Of a DNA stretch of 64,000 nucleotides, positions 49,217-61,356 are shown one piece after another (the first letter of the stretch is position 1; the number at the start of each line of letters is the position of its first letter). The position numbers were made by a program, and so were the translations under genes. The stretch covers positions 2,912,001 through 2,976,000 of the forward strand of contig CAVRAY010000001.1 in the NCBI GenBank assembly GCA_963719225.1, read 5' to 3'. The notes beneath the pieces are model-generated. The model made no database searches. It saw nothing but the letters and a program-made list of their open reading frames with translations, and was not told the origin of the DNA. The stretch is from Thermoanaerobaculia bacterium. Its GTDB lineage: Bacteria; Acidobacteriota; Thermoanaerobaculia; UBA5066.

Positions 49217-51085
49217 CTATTTCTTTCTAAGAGAATCTCCCGGTCTTTCCCCCGAGAGCGACTCTTCCGCGTCCGCGTACATCTTGTCGATGACGTCCCT
49301 GTACTTGTCGGCGATCACGCGGCGCTTGATCTTCATCGTGGGCGTCAGCTCGCCGCCCTCGATCGTGAAGTCGTTCGTGAGAAGGCTGAACGCGCGGATC
49401 TGACGCTCGTGAGGCTCGTCGCCGTTCAGGATGTCGATCGCCTGCTTCACGAGAGAGAGGACCTTAGGATTCTTCACGAGCGCGTCGCGGTCCCGGTACT
49501 TCACGCCGGTGGAGAGCGCCCAGGCCTCGAGCTTCTCGAAGTTCGGCACGATGAGCGCCGACAGGAACTTCCGTCGGTCCCCGATGAGGACCGCGGACGA
49601 GACGTACCGCACGGACCGAAGCGCGGCTTCGATCGGCGCCGGTGCGATGTTCTTGCCGTAGGCGTTGATGAGGATCTCTTTCTTGCGGTCGGTGAGAGTG
49701 AGGAACCCGTCCTCGTCGAAGGAGCCGATGTCGCCCGTCAGGAACCATCCATCCGCATCGAAGACGCTCGCGGTCTCTTCCGGCTTCCGCCAGTAGCCGC
49801 CCTCCATCACGTTCGGACCCTTCGCGAGGACCTCGCCGTCCGGGGCGATCTTCAACATGACACCGGGGATCGCGCGCCCGACCGTGCCGAGGCGCCACTC
49901 CCCCGGACGATTGCAGGCGAGAACGGGGCTCGTCTCCGTGAGGCCGTAGCCCTCGTACACCTCGATGCCCGCCGCCCAGAAGAATTCGGCGACGTCGCGC
50001 GAAAGCGGCGCGCCGCCCGAGATCGCAAAGAGAAACCGCCCGCCGAGCCTGGCTTTGATCTTCCCGAAGACGAGCCTGTCCGCGAGCGCGAACTTCGCCC
50101 TCAAGAAGAACCCCGGCGAATTCCCCGCCTCGACGGCCGCGAGACGGCGGAGGCCCGTCGAAACGCCCCAGTTGAAGATCGCCCGGCGCAGCGCCGGAGC
50201 GCTCTCCACCGCCGCCTGGACGCGCATGAGCATCTTTTCGTACACGCGCGGGACGGCGGCAAAGCAATCCGGCTTGATCTCGACGAAATTCTCCGAGAGC
50301 TTGTCGATCGACTCGGCGTACGTGATGGTCGCGGCCCGCGAAAAGAAGAGATAGTCGACCATTCGCTCGAAAACGTGCGAGAGAGGCAGGAAGGACAAGG
50401 CGCTCGTGTCGCCGGTCACGTCGAAGAGGGCGGAGCAGGCGGCGACGTTCGACACGAAGTTCTCGTGCGTCAGGATCGCGCCCTTCGGCTCGCCCGTCGT
50501 GCCCGACGTGTAGATCATCGTCGCGAGATCCCCTGGAAGGACCGAGGACGCGCGTTCCTCGAAAGCCTCCGGATCGGCGCGCAGAGCCGCGAGGCCCTTC
50601 TGGACCACGGTCGCGAAAGGCGTGGCCTTCCCGCCGCTCCAGGGCACGTGGTCGAGAACGATCACGTGCTTGAGCTCCGGGCACCGGTCCCGGACGTCGA
50701 CGACTTTCTGGAGCTCGACGGCGGTCGAGACGACGACGACTTTCGCGAGCGAGTCCCGGAGGATGTACTCGACCTGCGGCGCGAGGTAGCTCGTGTAGAT
50801 CGGCACGCTGAGCGCGCCGAGGGAAAGGGCCGCGAAGTCCGTCATCGGCCACTCGGGACGGTTCTCCGAGAGGATCGCGACGCGGTCGTCCCGGTCGACG
50901 CCGAGGAGCGCGAGCCCCAGCGCGAGGCCCCGGGTGCGCTCTCCGAAGTCCTCCGCCGAGAGGGACGTCCACGTCCCGCCGACCTTCGACACGAGGAGCT
51001 CCGCCTTCCCGCTCGAGGCGGCATATCGAAAATAGTCCAGCAGAGTTTGGGCGGGAAGCGGTTCGAGCACGATCTTCCGATCCAT
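49217..51085 (-). CDS. fadD: Long-chain fatty acid-CoA ligase
   Basis: IYTSGTTGEPKG, FLPLSHVFER, EGYGLTET, DGWFLTGDIG, ELTPTMKIKR. Confidence 0.93.
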   Translation of the reverse strand: MDRKIVLEPLPAQTLLDYFRYAASSGKAELLVSKVGGTWTSLSAEDFGERTRGLALGLALLGVDRDDRVAILSENRPEWPMTDFAALSLGALSVPIYTSYLAPQVEYILRDSLAKVVVVSTAVELQKVVDVRDRCPELKHVIVLDHVPWSGGKATPFATVVQKGLAALRADPEAFEERASSVLPGDLATMIYTSGTTGEPKGAILTHENFVSNVAACSALFDVTGDTSALSFLPLSHVFERMVDYLFFSRAATITYAESIDKLSENFVEIKPDCFAAVPRVYEKMLMRVQAAVESAPALRRAIFNWGVSTGLRRLAAVEAGNSPGFFLRAKFALADRLVFGKIKARLGGRFLFAISGGAPLSRDVAEFFWAAGIEVYEGYGLTETSPVLACNRPGEWRLGTVGRAIPGVMLKIAPDGEVLAKGPNVMEGGYWRKPEETASVFDADGWFLTGDIGSFDEDGFLTLTDRKKEILINAYGKNIAPAPIEAALRSVRYVSSAVLIGDRRKFLSALIVPNFEKLEAWALSTGVKYRDRDALVKNPKVLSLVKQAIDILNGDEPHERQIRAFSLLTNDFTIEGGELTPTMKIKRRVIADKYRDVIDKMYADAEESLSGERPGDSLRKK

Positions 51086-51123
51086 TATGCCGGAGAGGGT
51101 CGGCTCCGGCGGCAGGCGCGGCC

Positions 51124-52329
51124 CTAGAGCGGCCGCACCGAGATCGAGAGGACGTCGGCGCAGCCGCGCTGGATCTCCTCGAGCACCGACGCCTGCGGCG
51201 CCTGTCCCACCTGAATGCTGGCGCACGCGGCTTCCGCGCCCGCGAAGACGACGTTTTCCGTCTGCTCGACGTTGATCCCGGCCGCGCGGAGGACGCCGAA
51301 CACGTGCGCGAGGACGCCGACGCGGTCGCGATGCCGGACGGACAGGACGTGCGTCGCCGGCGTGCGGCTCGCGAGGTTGACGGCGTTCGGAACCTCCCCC
51401 GTCGAAGCGAAGGCGGCGACGATCCGCACGGCCTCGGCCGCGATTGCGTTCTGCGCCTGGTCCGTCGAGGCGCCCACGTGGTGCGTGCCGATGACGCCGG
51501 GGAGGAGCGCGATGGTGTCCTCGAACGGACCGGTGCCGCCCGCCGGCTCCTTCGCGAAGACGTCGAGTCCGGCTCGAAGCCCCTTCTCGGCGATCGCGGC
51601 CTCGAGGGCGGGCTGGTCGACGACCTCGCCGCGGCTCGTGTTCACGAAGAAGGAGCCCGGCTTCATCGCCGCGAAGAACTTCGCGTCGAGCATGCTTTTC
51701 GTCTCCTTCGTGAGCGCACAATGCACCGTGACGACATCGGACGCGGCCGCGAGCGCGTGAATCGAGTCGGCGCGCGCGATGCCGAGCCGGGAGGCGCGGT
51801 CGTCGTCCAGGGACCGGCTCCACGCGACGACCGGCATCCCGAACGCTTTCGCGCGCGTCACGACCTCGAGCCCGATCGATCCGAGGCCGATCACCCCGAG
51901 CGTGCGTCCGGCGAGACCCCGGGCCTTCTGGTACTCGGCCTTGTTCCACACTCTGTTGCGCAGGTCCACCGCTTCCTCGACGAGGCGCCGGTCGAGCGCG
52001 AGGATGAGGCCCCACGTCAGCTCGGCGACCGCGATCGCGTTCTTGCCCGGGCAGTTCGAGACCGCGATGGCCCGGGTGGAAGCCGCCGGAAGGTCGATCG
52101 TGTTCACGCCCGCGCCCGCGCGGACGATCAGCGCGAGACCGGAGGCCTTTTCCATCTCCTGGGCACCGACTTTCGTCGACCTCACGACAAGCACCTCGGC
52201 ACCGGTCTCGGCGAGTCGCGCGGCGAGAGAGGGACCCTCGAGCTTCGGCTCGTAGAGCACTTCGCAGCCGAGGGCTTTGAGGCCGGCGAGACCCGACTCC
52301 TCGAACTTGTCAGCGACGAGCACTTTCAT
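51124..52329 (-). CDS. serA: D-3-phosphoglycerate dehydrogenase-like with C-terminal ACT domain
   Basis: RAGAGVNTID, GVIGLGSIG, VNTSRG, DVF..EP, HVGAST..AQ, HRDRVGVL. Confidence 0.85.
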   Translation of the reverse strand: MKVLVADKFEESGLAGLKALGCEVLYEPKLEGPSLAARLAETGAEVLVVRSTKVGAQEMEKASGLALIVRAGAGVNTIDLPAASTRAIAVSNCPGKNAIAVAELTWGLILALDRRLVEEAVDLRNRVWNKAEYQKARGLAGRTLGVIGLGSIGLEVVTRAKAFGMPVVAWSRSLDDDRASRLGIARADSIHALAAASDVVTVHCALTKETKSMLDAKFFAAMKPGSFFVNTSRGEVVDQPALEAAIAEKGLRAGLDVFAKEPAGGTGPFEDTIALLPGVIGTHHVGASTDQAQNAIAAEAVRIVAAFASTGEVPNAVNLASRTPATHVLSVRHRDRVGVLAHVFGVLRAAGINVEQTENVVFAGAEAACASIQVGQAPQASVLEEIQRGCADVLSISVRPL

Positions 52330-52337
52330 GGCGGACC

Positions 52338-53567
52338 TCAGAATCGGTGAACGAACAGGCCGGAGCGCAGCTTCGGCTCGAACCACGTGGACTTCGGCGG
52401 CATCGTGACCCCTGCGTCCGCGATCGCCATGACCTCGGCGAGGGACGTCGGGAACATCGCGAACGCGACGGCTCCCCGCCCCGAGCGCACGCGCTCCTCG
52501 AGCTCCCCCGTGCCGCGGATCCCACCGACGAAGTCGACGCGCGGGTCGGTGCGGGGATCGCCGATGCCGAGGACGGGCCCGAGGAGACGGTCCTGGAGAA
52601 TCGAAACGTCCAGAGATTCAATGGGATCTGAAACCGCAATCGGCTCGCTCGGTGTCAGGGTCTGCCAATTTTCTTCGAAGAACATGGAGAACTCGCCTTT
52701 TCGCGACGGCGAAGCAGCAGAAGCGGGCGCAATCGAAAACCTCTTTCTCACACCTTCTAAGAAATCCCCGGTCGTCTTCCCCCCCAGGTCTTTCACGACC
52801 CGGTTGTACGGAAGGATGGCGAGCTGGTCGTCCGGGAAGATCGCCGCGGGAAACCAGTTGACCGGATGCTCGTCCGGAAGAGTCCCGACCTTTCCTTTCA
52901 CGGCCTGGCGTGCGCGCGCGGCCGACGCGCAGCGGTGATGGCCGTCGGCGACGTAGAGAAAGGGCACGGATGCGAAGGACGCGACGAAGAACGCGGCGTC
53001 GCCCTCCGGCACGATCCAGAGGGTGTGTCTCACGCCGTCCGGAGCCTCGAAGTCGAACTCGGGAGCCGCCGCGGTCACGCGGGCGACGCGGCCGTCGATC
53101 GAGTCCGCCGCCCGATAGGTCAGGAACACCGGCTCGGCGTGGGCCGACTGCGCGAGCAGATGCCGGACGCGGTCGTCTTCCTTGTCGGGACGCGTCTTCT
53201 CGTGCTTGCGGATGACGTCCGCGTCGTAGTCGTCCACCGAGCACGCGGCGACGACGCCGTCCTGAGTGCGCCCTCTCCACGTCTGGCGGTAGACGAGGAG
53301 ACGGGGGACGGCGTCGCTCTCGAGGGTGCCGTTCGCGTAAAAGGCGTCGAGGTTCTCGCGCCCCTTCGCGTAGACGGCGTCGGAATGGATGTCGACGTTC
53401 TCCGGCAGGTCGATCTCCGGGCGGCAGACGTGCAGGAACGACAACGGGTTTCCGGCCGCGAGCGCGCGGGCCTCGGGCGTGTCCACGACGTCGTAGGGGA
53501 CGGATGCGACGCGCGCCGCGAGCTTGCGGGGGGGCCGGCCGGAGGGGAAAGGACGGATGCGAGCCAT
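52338..53567 (-). CDS. DUF1015 family protein
   Basis: PYDV, HEKT...KE.DR, YVADGHHR, MPPKSTWFEPKLRSGL. Confidence 0.93.
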   Translation of the reverse strand: MARIRPFPSGRPPRKLAARVASVPYDVVDTPEARALAAGNPLSFLHVCRPEIDLPENVDIHSDAVYAKGRENLDAFYANGTLESDAVPRLLVYRQTWRGRTQDGVVAACSVDDYDADVIRKHEKTRPDKEDDRVRHLLAQSAHAEPVFLTYRAADSIDGRVARVTAAAPEFDFEAPDGVRHTLWIVPEGDAAFFVASFASVPFLYVADGHHRCASAARARQAVKGKVGTLPDEHPVNWFPAAIFPDDQLAILPYNRVVKDLGGKTTGDFLEGVRKRFSIAPASAASPSRKGEFSMFFEENWQTLTPSEPIAVSDPIESLDVSILQDRLLGPVLGIGDPRTDPRVDFVGGIRGTGELEERVRSGRGAVAFAMFPTSLAEVMAIADAGVTMPPKSTWFEPKLRSGLFVHRF

Positions 53568-53659
53568 GGGCGAAGTATCCCCCAGCCCGGGTCTTGCGCG
53601 GGGTGAGCGTGCTAGACTTTCCCATCGATCGGACCCGCCACTGAAAGGAAATTCCGGGA

Positions 53660-53932
53660 ATGAAACTGTACGTCGGCAATCTCTCTTACGGTGTGAACGA
53701 TGCCTCCCTCCGGGCCCTCTTCGAACCCCATGGAGCCGTCGAATCGGCCACGGTCGTCGCGGATCGCGAGTCGGGCCGCTCCAAGGGATTCGGCTTCGTC
53801 GAGATGAGCGACGCGGACGCCCAGAAGGCCATCCAGGCGCTCAACGGGTCGCAGCACGACGGTCGCACGATCCGCGTGAACGAGGCCCGTCCGAAGACCG
53901 ACGAGCCGCGCGGACCCCGCGGACCCCGCTGA
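53660..53932 (+). CDS. RNA-binding protein (single RRM)
   Basis: KLYVGNL (RNP2), SKGFGFVEM (RNP1), VNEAR. Confidence 0.95.
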   Translation: MKLYVGNLSYGVNDASLRALFEPHGAVESATVVADRESGRSKGFGFVEMSDADAQKAIQALNGSQHDGRTIRVNEARPKTDEPRGPRGPR

Positions 53933-53972
53933 GCAGGCGCGGGTTGCGGGTCCCCCGGAGGGCACCCGCGAC

Positions 53973-55679
53973 ATGACTCGTTTCTTTCGGGCTGCGGCCC
54001 TGCCGGCCGCGGCCCTTTTTCTTTTCGCCGGAGCCGCGCCTTCCGGGGACGACCTCGTGTTCACCGGCGGACGCGTCGTCGACGGATCGGGGAAAGCGGC
54101 ATTCCGGGGAGACGTCGCCGTAAGGGACGGCCGCATCTCCGGAGTCGGGAACCTCGCACCGGATCGGATCGCCCGTGCCCGCCGCCGGATCGATGCGACC
54201 GGCCTCGTCATCGCGCCGGGGTTCATCGACCTCCTCGGGCAGTCCGAATACAACGCCCTCGTCGACCGGCGCGCGGCCTCCAAGATCACACAGGGAATCA
54301 CCTCCGAGGTCACGGGAGAAGGCGAGTCCATCGCGCCCCTCGACGAAACGCTGCTCAAGTCCAATGAAGACACGTACCGCCATTACGGCCTCAGGCCGGA
54401 CTGGTCGTCGCTCCTCACGTACTTCATGAGGTTCCGTCGGACTCCGCCCACGATCAATCTCGGCACTTTCGTCGGCCTCGGGGGAATCCGGCGGATGGTC
54501 ATCGGGACCGACGACCGGCGAGCCGGCCCGAGCGAGCTCGAACGGATGAAGGCGCTCGTCGCACAGGCCATGGAAGACGGCGCGCTCGGAGTTTCCACGT
54601 CGCTTCAGTACGTGCCCGACCTCTACAACTCGACGGAGGAGATCATCGCCTGCGCGAAGGTCGCGGCCTCACGTGGAGGCGTGTACTTCACGCACCAGCG
54701 TTCCGAGGGAAACCGGATCGACACCTCGCTCGCCGAGGTGTTCCGAATCGCCCGCGAAGCCCGCATCCCGGCGAACGTGTGGCACCTGAAGACGGCCTAC
54801 CGGCGCAACTGGGGATCGATGCCGAGGATTCTCGCCGCGTTCAAGGCCGCGCGCGCCTCGGGGCTGGACGTCGCGGCGAATCAGTATCCCTGGAACGCGG
54901 GCTCGAACGGGTTGGACGCGTGCCTCCCGCCGTGGGTGCGCCAGGGCGGCCGCGAGAGGCTGCTGGCGCGCCTGCGCGACCCGGAGGCGCGTGTTCGCAT
55001 CCGGAACGAGATGGCCGAGGATGCCGAGTCCTGGGAGAACCAGTGGTTCGGCTCGGGCGGCGGGACCGGCGTCATGCTCGCCGCCGTTCTCAGCCCCGAG
55101 CTCAAGAAATACGAGGGCGGGACGCTCCAGGAAATCGGCGCGCTCATGAAGAAGGATCCGCGCGACGCGCTGATGGACATCGTGCTCGCCGATCGCGCGA
55201 ACGCGCAGTGCATCATCTTCATGATGCGAGAGGACGACGTGCGGGCTGCCTTGAAAGATCCTTTCGTCGGCTTCTGCACGGATTCCGGAGCGGCGGCCAT
55301 CGACGGGATTTACTCGGAAGAGAGGTCGCACCCCCGCGCCTGGGCATCCACGGCGCGCATCCTCGCCACGTACGTGCGCGACGAGAGGCTCATTCCGCTC
55401 GAAGAGGCGGTGAGGAAGATGACCTCGTTCTCCGCCGCTCGCGCCGGGCTCCGGAATCGCGGCCTTCTGAAGGCGGGGCTGGCCGGTGACGTCGTCGCCT
55501 TCGATCTCGGCCGCGTGAAGGCCGTCTCCACGTATGCCGACCCGCTGCACTATTCCGAGGGGTTCCCGTACGTCGCCGTCAACGGCGTCCTCGTCGTCGA
55601 CGCGGGGAAAATCACGGCGGAACGACCGGGCCAGCCGCTTCTCGGCCCGGGCGCGACGCGGGCTGCTACCGCGCGGTGA
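53973..55679 (+). CDS. N-acyl-D-amino-acid deacylase family amidohydrolase, secreted
   Basis: GG.VVDGSG, IDATGLVIAPGFID, HQRSE, HPRA, EEAVRKMTS. Confidence 0.9.
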   Translation: MTRFFRAAALPAAALFLFAGAAPSGDDLVFTGGRVVDGSGKAAFRGDVAVRDGRISGVGNLAPDRIARARRRIDATGLVIAPGFIDLLGQSEYNALVDRRAASKITQGITSEVTGEGESIAPLDETLLKSNEDTYRHYGLRPDWSSLLTYFMRFRRTPPTINLGTFVGLGGIRRMVIGTDDRRAGPSELERMKALVAQAMEDGALGVSTSLQYVPDLYNSTEEIIACAKVAASRGGVYFTHQRSEGNRIDTSLAEVFRIAREARIPANVWHLKTAYRRNWGSMPRILAAFKAARASGLDVAANQYPWNAGSNGLDACLPPWVRQGGRERLLARLRDPEARVRIRNEMAEDAESWENQWFGSGGGTGVMLAAVLSPELKKYEGGTLQEIGALMKKDPRDALMDIVLADRANAQCIIFMMREDDVRAALKDPFVGFCTDSGAAAIDGIYSEERSHPRAWASTARILATYVRDERLIPLEEAVRKMTSFSAARAGLRNRGLLKAGLAGDVVAFDLGRVKAVSTYADPLHYSEGFPYVAVNGVLVVDAGKITAERPGQPLLGPGATRAATAR

Positions 55680-56610
55680 TGACCGCGCCCTCGATCATGA
55701 GCGAGCCGAGGTCGGACACAGGGGATTCGGCGGGCGCCTTGCGCCACTTCCTGAGAAGCTCGACGACGCTGTCGCCGATCCTGAGGAGGTTCTCGCGGCT
55801 GGATCCGCCGAGGTGCGGCGTCATGAGGACGTTCGGCGCGGACAACAGCGGGCTGTTCGGATCTGGCGGATCGCTCAGGAAAACGTCCGTCGCGTAGGCG
55901 CGCACCTTCCCCGACGCGAGAGCCGCGGCGAGATCGGACTCCACGACGATCGAGCCGCGGGCGGTGTTCACGATCACGACGCCGCTCTTCATCCTGGCGA
56001 GCGTGTGCCCGTTCACGAGGCCGCGCGTCTCCGTCGTGGCCGGCACGTGGAAGCTGATGAAATCGGAGCGCAGGAAGAGCTCGTCGAGGTCGTCCACGAG
56101 CTCGGCGAGGGCATGATTCGCGATGTGCGGGTCGTAGGCGATGACCTTCATCCCGAAGGCCTGGGCCCGCCGCGCGACCTCCGTGCCGATCAGGCCGGCG
56201 CCGACGAGTCCGAGCGTCTTCCCGAAGAGCTCGGTGCGCTTGAGCTCCTTCTTGAGGAAGCGGCCCTGCTTGAGGCCGGTGTGTCCCTCGACGAGGCGGC
56301 TCGGAACCGCGAGAAGGAGCGCCATGGTGAGCTCCGCCACGGCGACCGACGATGCGCGCGGCGTGTTCTTCACGTCGATCCCGCGCTCGCGGCAGGCCTG
56401 GATATCGACGTTGTCGAGGCCGACCCCGCCGCGGATCACGAGCTTCAGGTTCGGCGCGCCGTTCAGGAACTCGTTCGTCACCTTCGTTTTCGACCGTACG
56501 AGGACGACTTCGGCATCCTTGAGACGCGCGGGGTCGGTCAGCACCTCCCCGAACGTGGCGAGGCGGCCGGGAAGTGACTCGTCGAAGGCGTCCGCAATCA
56601 GGATCTTCAT
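55666..56610 (-). CDS. D-2-hydroxyacid dehydrogenase (SerA-like, no ACT)
   Basis: RGGVGLDNVD, GLVGAGLIG, VNTARG, TPHLGGS. Confidence 0.9.
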   Translation of the reverse strand: MKILIADAFDESLPGRLATFGEVLTDPARLKDAEVVLVRSKTKVTNEFLNGAPNLKLVIRGGVGLDNVDIQACRERGIDVKNTPRASSVAVAELTMALLLAVPSRLVEGHTGLKQGRFLKKELKRTELFGKTLGLVGAGLIGTEVARRAQAFGMKVIAYDPHIANHALAELVDDLDELFLRSDFISFHVPATTETRGLVNGHTLARMKSGVVIVNTARGSIVVESDLAAALASGKVRAYATDVFLSDPPDPNSPLLSAPNVLMTPHLGGSSRENLLRIGDSVVELLRKWRKAPAESPVSDLGSLMIEGAVITAR

Positions 56611-56737
56611 GGAAATCCTCCCTTCGTGCAGGACGATCCTCGTCAGGCGGGCTGCGGGACCACCCCCTCACAAGCTGCAGGCAGCGACGGCGTCGAACCA
56701 TGATGCGCCGGTATCAGGCGGATCGAACGAGCGGCAC

Positions 56738-58260
56738 TCAGCGATTCGACGCGGCCCGAACGCGCGCTTCGGCGTACGCGAGGAGCCGGGCCGAGTCAGG
56801 GTCCGTGGGGGAAAGCCGCGCCGCTTCGCGCGCCCAGGAAAGGGCTTTCGCGGGTTCGTCGCGCGCGACGTACCCCGCCGCCGAACGGACGAGCAGTCGG
56901 GGAATCATCGGTGACAAGGGGGGAAGCCCCATCGCGCGCCGGAGGAGCCAGGGCGACACGGAAGCCGCGGCATCGGGAGGAGGCTCTCCTTCCACGACGC
57001 CGTGCCTCAGCCACGGCCGGCGCAGTTCGAGGGCGGCGATGTTGCGCGCGGCGAGCCACGCGTGGCCCACGATGGGACTGAGCGTGGGAATCGTCGAGAC
57101 CCGAACCGGCCCGGGCGCCGGCCACGAGATGCCGGGAGGAGGACGCAGGAGCTCCGCGTAGCCGATCCAGGCCCCCGGCGCGTGGAGTACGCCGAGGACG
57201 TTGACGGCAACACCCACCGCGAACGCAGCGGCCACCGCGCGGCGCGGCGCGTGAACGGCCGGCGCGCAGACGAGCGGCAGGACCGGCAGGAGAAGACGCG
57301 GGCCCCATGCGGTTCCTCCCTCCCACCACGACCAGCGGGCGACGACGAGAATGTGTGCGGTGGGAATGGCGAAGAGAAGAAGACGCGCGGGCAGCGCAAG
57401 TCGGCGCCATCCGAAGGCGGCGAGGACAACGACGGGCGCGTAGAAGACCAGGCCCTTCCCGGGCGAGACGAGAAGGCCGACAAGACCCGTCGCGAGAGGC
57501 GTCGAGAAGCGGAGGGCGAGGCCACCGTAGCCGACGTCCCACACGCTCCCGCGCAACGCGTTTGCGGCGAGCTGCAGCACAATCGCAGCGCCGAAGCACG
57601 AGACGATCCGCAACACGGGCGCCGCCTGGCGGCGCGGGCCGAGGGCAGCGGCCAGCACGAACAATGGCACGGTGAGCCACAGGACCGGCTTCAGGAGGCA
57701 GGCGCAGCTCCAGAGCGCGGCAGCCCTCACCCCCGCCCGGGTCCCTCCCCGGATCAGCACCGCAGCGCCGACGGCGAGCGCCGCTCCCGCGAACGGCTCC
57801 ATGAACGAGTCGGCGGCGTACGGCCAGAGGAAGGTGCCGGCGACGAAGGCCGGCGCCCAGAGGCGGGAAGCCGATGGCTCGAGCGCGCGCACGAGACGAC
57901 CGAAGGCCCAGCCGCAGAGGATGGCGCCCATCGTCCAGAGGAGAGCGGCCGCTGCGTCGAGCCCGCGGGCACCGAGCAGAGCCCTGAGGAGCCACGCGGG
58001 AGCCAAGACGACGAGCGCCAGGCACGTCGGGAAAATCCCGTACATCGAATGAGTCGCCGAGAGGCCCGCTGTTGCGGCTTCTCCGGAGGGCATCCGCCCG
58101 TATGCCGCCTCGCCGCGGATCAGGACCCCGAGCGCCTCGGAGATCACTTCAGCCCCGTCGGACGTATTGACGCTTCGAGCGACGAACGCACACATGCAGA
58201 CGAGCATCAGGAGCGCCAGGGCCGCGCCGCGGGACCTCAGCCCGTCCCGTAGGGCTTCCT

Positions 58261-58264
<4 letters not shown>
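56738..58264 (-). CDS. GT-C-fold glycosyltransferase-like membrane protein
   Basis: SMYG, LWPYA..F.EP, SPGKGLVFYAP, W.WWEGG.AWGPRLLLP. Confidence 0.62.
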
Positions 58265-60200
<1,936 letters not shown>

Positions 60201-60204
<4 letters not shown>

Positions 60205-61350
60205 CCCGGCCACGGGTCCTCCTCCGTCTCCTTGAACGAGACTCCCCGCGCCGCAAGCCCGTCCACGAAGGCGGCGAAGAGATCGGGCCTCGTGCCCAGC
60301 AACTCGAGCGGCAGGACGCCCGGATCGAGGAGCGAGCCCGATGCGAGGAGCTTCGCGGCGATGACGCACGGGAACCCCGTCGTCCGCGCCATCGAGGTGG
60401 CGCCCGTCTTCACGTCCGTCCGGTCGAAGAGGTCGTGCACGAGGCGGACCGGCCGGCCGGCGCGCGAGCCGCGAGACTCCACGCGGAGGACGGTGAACTC
60501 CTCCTCCCCGTCGGGTCTCTTCCACTGGGCGAAGAGCAGCGCCTCGGCGACCGCACGCGGTGCCACTCGCGCGCCGCCCGCCTCGACGGGCTCGTCGTGG
60601 AGAAAGCCGCTGTCGCGCAGGAGGCGCATCTTTTCGGCATGCCCCGGCCAGCGCAGCGTCTGCTCGCGCAGGTTTCGCGCCTTCACGGTCTTGAGGACGG
60701 TGCGAAGGCCGTCCGTCAGGAACCCCTCGAGCGTCCCGACGCCCGGCACGTCGAAGCGCGTCACCTCGGACAGCGCGGGCCTGGTGACGATCTGCCCGTC
60801 CTCGACGAGGCGCGCCGGGCGCGTGTACTCCTCGATGACGTCGGTCGCGGAGAACACGATGCGGTACTCCCACGGCGGCACGCGCCGGAACGGGAGTCCG
60901 CCGACCGAGATCACGATCGAGTCGACGACGTCGAGACGGCCGGCCGCGCGCCCGCACGCGAGGTTCGACAGGCCCGGGGAGACGCCGCAATCCACGATCG
61001 CGGCGACGCCCCTCTGCTTCGCGAGGGCGTCCAGCGGCATCGGGTCCTCGGGAGCGAAAGAAATGTCGGCGATGGGCTTGCCGGCATCGATCACCGTCCC
61101 CAGCATCGCGTGGCCGAGGAATCGCAGGCACCGCGCCGACCACGACGTCCGACGGCGCGACCGCCGCGGCGACCGCGGTCGGGCTCGCGAAGTCGAGGCG
61201 AGCCGTCGTGACGCGCGGCCGGCCCGCGAAGTAGCCGAGGGCGTCCTCGGAGCGATCGCAGACGAGAACCTCGAACCGCCCGTCGTCGGCGAGCGTCCGC
61301 GCGATGAGCGAGCCGACGAGTCCGGCTCCGAGGACGGTCACGTGCGTCAT
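60201..61350 (-). pseudogene. Saccharopine/lysine 6-dehydrogenase family, split by a 1-nt frameshift at ~61124 (probably a sequencing error)
   Basis: VLGAGLVG in one frame; DISF, DCGVSPGLSN, EYTRP, TDGLRT, TLRWPGH, SMARTTG in another; removing one base gives AVPGFLGHAML. Confidence 0.85.
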
Positions 61351-61356
61351 GAAGGC

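Noticed and set aside
49217-52015. 932-aa extended acyl-CoA ligase
   Set aside because: The N-terminal 310 aa is an alternate frame of the serA-like gene; the real start is 51085.
53945-53972. GC hairpin after the RRM gene as a terminator
   Set aside because: It lacks a poly-U tail and abuts the next start codon, so it cannot be called.
56611-56737. Possible ZTP or glycine riboswitch upstream of the hydroxyacid dehydrogenase
   Set aside because: Only a short GCCCGCCTG resemblance; the remaining conserved elements are absent.
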